Shown here in pieces: positions 56,743 through 64,000 of a stretch of DNA of 64,000 bases (position 1 is its first letter; each line of letters starts with the position of its first letter). The stretch spans positions 62,001 to 126,000 of the forward strand of contig MCFE01000106.1 of the NCBI GenBank assembly GCA_002104905.1, in the 5' to 3' direction. The notes beneath the pieces are model-generated. The model saw only the letters and a program-made list of their open reading frames with translations. It made no database searches and had not been told where the DNA came from. Both the position numbers and the translations under genes were made by a program. The stretch is from Basidiobolus meristosporus CBS 931.73 (lineage: Eukaryota > Fungi > Basidiobolomycota).

Positions 56743-59700
56743 ATCTTGGTCGATAGCTTCTCGTATAAGAAAATAGTTTACCGATATACGATGGCATCAA
56801 TTCACGACGGGTTCTTGCTTTATATACAGTACCCGAGGGCTACTTTCCCAGAAGGGAAACTGGTTGTTACATAAGTCGAATTTGCAAATCCTAATATCCC
56901 GAACGGTTTACAAGATTCAGCACTAGACTGCAATCTCCTAAGATTTTGGAATCATGCAATATACAACTTATAAACCAATGGTTTAACCCATTCATGTGGA
57001 GTGACATTTACGATAAAAATACGAAACCTTCTATACGTGTTTATTTGAAGCTCAGAGCACTTTGTTAGTCTAAGGCCTAGAGTGGAAAATTTTATGTCCA
57101 CCGATCGAGGTGACTGCGACACCTAGCTTACGAAATGCTGGCATAAACTATCTTTGGCCCATGTGGTAGAGTAGATTCTGACTCTACAGCATGGTCGTGT
57201 CACACGAGATGTTAATACATTCTTAGCATTAACCATTGGAGTTTCGACCATTGGGCTACTAGGATTATGCGTTTCTCTCAATCCTGACTCTACACCTCTT
57301 GTTCAATTTCTCGCTTAAGTTTTATTCATGGCATAACTGATCCATCAACCAACTGTGCAAGAGGTGAATTTGACGTAATCAGCCATGTTCTTGAGCAAGA
57401 CTGAATGTGGACTGGCTCATAAGCCTCCAAGTTGGTCAATAAAATTCGGGCCTCGCATACAGGTTTGTACGGAAGAAAATGATTGGTATTGTCGAGCAAT
57501 AGGACTCCTATCTAGTCCTTTTGTATAAATGAAATATCGGCATATGGATCCCAAATAAAGAGCACAACCTTTAGCCCTACGATTTCGATAAAAGACGATT
57601 AGTATGATAACACCAACACAGTATACTATCTTGCTCCGAGCATCTACATCATTTCGTAGATGATTGGAATGGATTGCTGTTTCATGTCCCCACGCATGAA
57701 AACATGTGGTCTGTGATGACGAGCAGCTTTACGAAGGCGCCTCAAGTGCTCATATTCGAAGAGAGGAGACTAGTAGCACAAACCGAGCTCAATTCAATAT
57801 AACAAGGAGTGGACAAGGAAGCGAAGATAAAGGCCGCTACGCGATGGATGAACCCAGAAATATGGGGCGTTGTCCTGACATAAGATCTATGCATGCTATC
57901 ATTTCGGTGAAGGCATACACATTCCGAAGGGATTAGTCACATCGCATAGGGATACGGGCCAGTATTTTGGAGGTCTGAGACATGGGTCAATTCATGAGTA
58001 TCTCCTGTTGCTATGGGCAAGCTCGATTAGCCTGCCTGGTTCTGGATCCTTGGAGGGAAGAAACCTTGTCTCAAGTGAGGCAGCGATGAAATATCCCTCT
58101 TCTGGACCGCGTTTGTGAATAGCTTTTCCATATACTCGGAACACCTCACCTCCATACAGTTGAGACAAGATTCTATGACTGGTGTTAATGCCAAGTTACG
58201 TTTCTGCATGTGTCATCGTGATTACGACCTTCATAGGTTATAGATTAATGGATCTCGTCCAGCCAACACAACCACAATTTCGCAATTTGCAGAATCCGAA
58301 ACTTTGTTCATCCATGGATCAAGTTGGCAACGGATATACTTGTACATATATGGGACTCCTGTTGGCCTCAGTTTTCTTACGAAACGCGAGGGGTATGCGA
58401 GGTCCACAGATTCTCACCGCACACATTACCCTGGCATTTGAGACAACCGATTCAAGTCCAGAGTACCAATCTTGACTAATATTAAGTGTTACTACTCTTA
58501 ATCCGGGTTTATGCATCATGCATGGATGAAGTTAGTAATATTTCCCAGCTGTTTCAAAGTGAATTTTGAGATTGAATGTTAATGAGGCTAATCCATTAAT
58601 AGGTCTCCTGAGGCTTATTCTAATGTATACAAGAATAATGTGCAAAAAGCCGATGCTACCGGTCGTAATTGATAAGAGCCGATCTCCTCCAAGATCTTGG
58701 AGGCCCCAGAGATTAGTGCTGTTCGTGACAAGATGATGAAATATGTTAATACATGCTAAATACGATACAATACAAATCAGATCCTTTCGATATACGGATA
58801 AAACACGGGGCTTAGAACTCGAGGAAAGCAGTGGTTATTGTGATTTTACCTGATCATGTCTGGCAGGCTATGCTACTAATTTGCTACGTCACTACTCAAT
58901 GCAATATCAGACTATTTTACAAGAATATCATTGGACAAACAAGCACGACAGGGATTTGTTTGGAGATTGTCAGAATAATATTATGAAGGCCCTTGTCCCT
59001 TTCTGGATATTGCAGTCATTCTATTCACCCATTCCTGGCCCCTTGCTGCGACACTCTAACCGAAAAACCATATTTCAATTGGATGCTCTGACATGGTGCT
59101 TGCATAGTCATTAGATTCAAAGACTTGAAATCCTATCAAGAATTGGTTCTGTTAGGTGCACGATAACGGCTCCCCGGCCCTCAATTACCCTCGTATTACT
59201 GTTCTTTTTGTTTAGTTGTTGAGAGCAACCCATTACCTTGATTGTATTGTAGAAATATACTACAGTAATCAGCTGATTTGCAAGAGCATTAAAAGATTCC
59301 CGTTGATGAGGATTTACCTAGACTCACCCAGCACATACTTCCTATGAAATGGGGTGAAATAACCCGGTCAGGAGAAATGCCTTCTTTGGTGTAAACTCGA
59401 CCAACGATACCTCCGGCATCAATAGTGCCTACACTGAAGCATGGAAGTGATTACGAATTGCAGTATATCGCTCTTTGAGTTTAAGGTGCTTGGAGTATTT
59501 CAGATCGCATGTTGTATGCGAAGCGAAGGATGGTGCTCAAGCATTCTTTAACGGTACGGTAAAATCAGCTAGGAATCTGACCTACTCGGTGCTTGCTTGT
59601 CAAGGTTATCATTCCAGGCTGAATGGATATCCCTCGTCACACATTTTAGAACAATACTGAAATAGTTACGTGGAGATGGTTGAACTACTCTCGCCAACAT

Positions 59701-59893
59701 GTTGTTTAGCATACTCCTTGAACCCAATATAGTCATTGTGAAATACAATTGGAATTTTGACCGTAGGATCCGACAACCTAACCACTTTAATTAAGAATAT
59801 TCAGAGTTGACACTGCTTTGAGCATGTCCGGAACATTAAAGAATAAACCTCTCATCTGGTGTAGTTTATGAAATATCTTGGTCCTTGCATAAC

Positions 59894-60541
59894 TTATTTC
59901 TTGTCCCATTTTTGGCTTGTATGATCGATCTTCTTTTGCGCCTTAACACCAGACTCGGTGGCCGATCGATGAATATTTTGTGCAGTCGCATTACTCTTTT
60001 GTTTGGCGTCATGGGCATGGCTATGTGCTTCCTTACGCGCACTCTCGGCACTCTTTTGAGCCTTACTGGCGGCTTGGTCGATACTTTTCTTGGTGGCCTT
60101 TGTTGCAGCCTGAACTTTCTCACGGATGGGATCAGAGTAGCCTTCCGCCTTCTGATTGATGGTGTCCAATGTTTCTTTGGCACTGTTGGCGACGTTCTCG
60201 GCACCTGTCTGGACTTTCTTGGCTGCTCCTTCCGCGGCGCCAAGAGCACTGTTGATGGTCTCGCCAACCTTTTGATTTACAGATTGAGCAGTCTCCTTAA
60301 TGCTTTCCACAGTGGTTTCAGCAGCTTCTTTGACCTTATCAGTGAAAGTTTGCGGCGCCTTATTTTTCTTCTATGTTGTGTGTTAGTAAATGCAAGCAAC
60401 AGAGTGGGAATTGCAACTTACATTGAAAGAATAAGTCTGGAAGGATCTCAGAGAGACAGCCCGTGGCGCATTGGCAATAGAGGAAAACCGTACAGTGGCA
60501 AGTAGAGAAGGCTTTAGGGCTGATCTGGACAACGGATGCAT
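59894..60541 (-). CDS. LEA/hydrophilin-like protein with a predicted mitochondrial presequence; 2 exons (60541-60422, 60370-59894), 198 aa
   Basis: A/K/E/Q/T-rich amphipathic repeats of about 11 residues. A 51-nt intron (GTAAGT...CTAAC...TAG) joins a 40-codon Arg/Ser-rich exon with no acidic residues. Confidence 0.8.
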
Positions 60542-61473
60542 GATTGTAAGCGGGAATCAATGAGGCGATATTTTGTTCAACTCTCGATATCTCTGTAGAC
60601 TATATATATGTTTGAACCAACCCTAATTCCCTAAAGCCCTTAAAAATATCCAGTTCTTGCCCCTTTCCCAACCAGAAAGATCTCACTAACATGCAAACGT
60701 CATCCAAAGATCCAACTGATGCTCTAATAACAATCCCATTATATACCAAGAGGGGCATTTCTCAAACTCTACAGTTGCTACCAGTACTTAGTGGCTGAGC
60801 CCAGATTTAGAGCATATGCTATGCTTGTGATGTCACCCAACTTGCTGAGCAGGTGAGCTACTGAGCCTATAAGTTGGTCAAACGTCACACACTCGCCATC
60901 TCACCACGTCACTTCAATCAGACGATCTCTGAGAATTGATCGCTGCAACTCGTTTCAAGCCCCACTATTGGTCACATAAGCGGCCTACCACTTGAAAACG
61001 GATGATCCGGAACCTACCCTCAAGAGCTTGTTTTCGTATAGCTTTGCCAGTCACCACCGTCATCAGGTGGTTGAAAAAGGAGTTCAAGCAACTGAGAAAT
61101 GATCTCATTTCACAACCACAGTCAGGACGCTGAATATATGATGATCGTCAACCTCCACTCAAGTTCTAGATATTTTCATCTCAACCCCATGGGCCAGACC
61201 AGACTCTACTTTCTTTGGTGTAAAAGTATGCTTCGGATCTGAACATCCAATCTCTACAGTGAAGACGGTTGGTCTGTTCCAGATAGCCATGTGATCGAGG
61301 GGTGGTAATTCATCTCCCACCAAACTACTTGAACGTAATCCACCTTAGCGAGCCATCTGGCTAGGTTTGATTTTTCGGTAAGACCGAAGTTGCAGATACC
61401 ATTCAATCGAGCAAACTATGAGTGTCACTGGCGCCAGTCGTCAGACCACTTTGGGCGGTAGCAGATATCGCCT

Positions 61474-62022
61474 GTGTATGGATCGGCTTTATGGTGGTGC
61501 CTGAACTTTCGACATCTTCACCGAAACCACGATGTACGTAGAGTCTGCATCAGTACATTAGAAGGGATCAATCTTGTTCAGTTTCGAGATATCTGGATCA
61601 ACCACAAACAATTCTTCCTCATGCGTCCCCGAATAGATTATACTCAGCAAGACGAGAGTGGGCCAATCCAAACTCGACCAGGCGCCAGGTCCATGTTCTT
61701 TGAGATCGCACAGCATTCGGTGGGGTTCACCACCGCCTATTGCATTATATTAACGCCAATCTTGACGCCTATATGTTGGGAAAACCATGGTGTACGGTAT
61801 TGTAGATACCAGAGATTCAGTATCGCTTTGGGTGAAGGGAACTCCACGTGTAAACCACGCGGATATGAACAGAATGATCAGAATTACGAGGGTTTTCAAG
61901 TATACAGTGTTGGTAACATTCGTGCAACTTCGCCAGGCGGGCTCACGTGGAGCAGTCGGCCAATGAATACCTTTGATCTACATATTGTATTGCCTACTGC
62001 TAGTAATGGAAAAGGCAGTTGA
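61474..62022 (+). CDS. Hypothetical ORF (182 aa), possibly an exon of an unresolved gene
   Basis: ORF length only; no motif recognised. Confidence 0.25.
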   Translation: MYGSALWWCLNFRHLHRNHDVRRVCISTLEGINLVQFRDIWINHKQFFLMRPRIDYTQQDESGPIQTRPGARSMFFEIAQHSVGFTTAYCIILTPILTPICWENHGVRYCRYQRFSIALGEGNSTCKPRGYEQNDQNYEGFQVYSVGNIRATSPGGLTWSSRPMNTFDLHIVLPTASNGKGS

Positions 62023-62432
62023 ACTAAGATTGGAATAGAAACGTCAAGATGGAACTCGTGGCTCATGTCCCATATACGTATAGTCCAGTACCCTCTTCGA
62101 TACATGAGGCTTTTGTTTAAGTTGGGCCCTGCCAGTATGTACCCTTATGATTGTAGCTGACAAAGGATTATTTATTGATAAATATACATTAGCTCCAACA
62201 TAAATAACAACGCATTCATCAATGATACTTGGATAATCACCAAACGGGGATCTACAGATTAGCTACAATTACACAAAATAAAGAAGTCCTACTAGATAGG
62301 AATGACTTATTTACATTGTTCACCAGGGTAAACGAGAAAGCAAATATTCATTTGCCAACAAAGATTATTGCTATAGCATGCGTGTAATTACATTCCATCA
62401 AGAGAGACTCCAAGTGGATGGTCCGATTGCTT

Positions 62433-63596
62433 TCAGTAATCGGTATTGTCGGAACATGCTTCCAGGTCAATAAATTCATCCATATCAAGTGTCAACTCAA
62501 TAGACATATCCATCATATCGATAACTTCGGGCGAGATGGGAAAGGTGGCTTCGCCAGCATCATAACCAAGCATCACGTCATTTTTCAACACAGGTGAAGC
62601 TTCTATTTCTGGTGGGATATTCAGATTTAACGCCTCTTCCGGAATGTATTGGAGCGACTGCTGGACAATCTCGCTCAGTGTATGTAATTCATCCAATGTC
62701 GGATCCTCCGGTAATTTAAGGTAATCTTTTGCGAGTCGATACACGGTATAATCTACCATGAACGTATGAGCGTTCATATACTTGGTGGCCACAGAACAAG
62801 TCTGTTGTACAGTATTCGTTAACGATTTCATTGGTGTGGGTGTAACTTGTCCGGTTGCATATTTGGTAATCTCTTCCGATAATGAATTCAAATCGAAATT
62901 CGGAAGTAACGAGCGTGATTTACCTTCGGCCAATTGAGGCTTAGTCCCACTCGGGATGGTATGTTCGTGACTGTCTTCGGGCTTGTAATAAGGCTGAGGT
63001 CTTGTTCTGCCCTTACTCTTACTTTTCCTGAATCGAGGGCTACTTTTGTCGCTGGATTTTTTCATCTCGTATCCCTTGGGTATTGACATCTCGTTGTTGA
63101 CGTAAAATTTGTGATATTCTGGTACGATGGTCCAATAGTTCCCTTTGCCTGGTGTGCCTTTTTGTCGAGCGACTTTCTGGAATGCTTTGTGTAAAGAAAG
63201 GTTGTGGCGGATACTGTTTTGCCATTGTTTTGTAGCAAACTGGTAGTAGCGATAGTTCTCGGTGATGAATGCGTAAATATCTTGCAACAGCATTTTCTGG
63301 TCAGAGGCTGACATGATTGACTGAGCAATTAATGATGCGTAGGTATATCTGGGCTCAACGAGACGTTCACCGTTGGGCAGCACAATGACATCGGGTGCAT
63401 TTAACTCCGATTCATTAGACTCGTCCGAGCTATTAAAGGATTCCTCACTGTGAAGGGTGGGCGTATTGAGTCCCGAGGAACTTGAGGACGAAACCTCAGA
63501 GTCAAACTCATTAAACAAGGTATTATTTAACTGCGCGATGACATCATCCGTAGCGCTGTAAAGTCCTTCAACAGGCATTGTCTGAATGTTGAACAT
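62433..63596 (-). CDS. Forkhead (winged-helix) transcription factor, first ATG at 63596
   Basis: PRYTYASLIAQSI...LQDIYAFITENYRYY...WQNSIRHNLSLHKAFQKV...GKGNYWTI, with Ser-rich and acidic flanks. Confidence 0.93.
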   Translation of the reverse strand: MFNIQTMPVEGLYSATDDVIAQLNNTLFNEFDSEVSSSSSSGLNTPTLHSEESFNSSDESNESELNAPDVIVLPNGERLVEPRYTYASLIAQSIMSASDQKMLLQDIYAFITENYRYYQFATKQWQNSIRHNLSLHKAFQKVARQKGTPGKGNYWTIVPEYHKFYVNNEMSIPKGYEMKKSSDKSSPRFRKSKSKGRTRPQPYYKPEDSHEHTIPSGTKPQLAEGKSRSLLPNFDLNSLSEEITKYATGQVTPTPMKSLTNTVQQTCSVATKYMNAHTFMVDYTVYRLAKDYLKLPEDPTLDELHTLSEIVQQSLQYIPEEALNLNIPPEIEASPVLKNDVMLGYDAGEATFPISPEVIDMMDMSIELTLDMDEFIDLEACSDNTDY

Positions 63597-64000
63597 CTTA
63601 AAGAGTAGTATAACTTTGGAGCTCGTCGGTAGCCAAGATGCTAAAAATGAATCGGCTTCGTTGTTGGTGTTGGCGATCACCTTTGAGAGGTTTTATAGGG
63701 AATCTCGACGAAGTTGGTCTACGAATTACGACGAGTTGAGTAATACAGGGATTGGAAATCCCATCAATTCACGGTTGATCCAGTGAAAATTTGTTGAGAA
63801 GAATTCTTAGTCGTCTACTAGCACCTTTCTACATGCCCGGATCCAGGTTTCCAAGGTGATCAAATTCCGGATTTAACCAATCCTCTTCAAGATAATCTCC
63901 AGAAAATGCAATATCAGTCGGGTACGATCGCCAATGAAGCGAGCTTCCCTGTCACGGCAAGAATCACCTGCAACAAAATGGACGTTGGTTATGTTTGGGG

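Noticed and set aside
59885-60505. 206-aa plus-strand ORF
   Set aside because: Antisense shadow of the LEA-like gene, caused by its biased codon use.
1-64000. rRNA, tRNA, CRISPR arrays
   Set aside because: No cloverleaf with a T-loop, no rRNA signature and no repeat-spacer array were seen by eye.

Overview
Eukaryotic DNA, most likely from a fungus with short spliceosomal introns of about 50-70 nt (an early-diverging lineage is my inference). The window splits sharply at about 41.1 kb. Bases 1-41,050 are a nest of decayed transposons that is strongly CpG-depleted. The nest holds: two Ty1/copia families; a near full-length Ty3/gypsy (LTRs about 97.6% identical) plus further copies and solo LTRs; a second degenerate Ty3/gypsy with an extra 3' ORF; two 1.07-kb solo LTRs of an orphan family; many fragments of a CACTA/EnSpm (tnp2) element whose transposase lies head-to-head with an uncharacterised second ORF across a conserved 127-bp spacer; two copies of a compact IS5/Harbinger-like DDE element; and LINE-like remnants. 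Bases 41,100-64,000 are CpG-normal and gene-dense. They carry a mitochondria-targeted bacterial-type [4Fe-4S] L-serine dehydratase, a small ORF resembling giant-virus/T7-type SSBs (speculative), an unknown coiled-coil protein, a small secreted protein, an RRM protein, a Rad5/16-like SNF2 ATPase, a GPI-anchored surface protein, a FAR1-type transcription factor, a mitochondria-targeted LEA-like protein and a forkhead transcription factor. I found no rRNA, tRNA or CRISPR array. All alignments, splice models and counts were made by eye, so boundaries given as approximate may be off by tens of bases.
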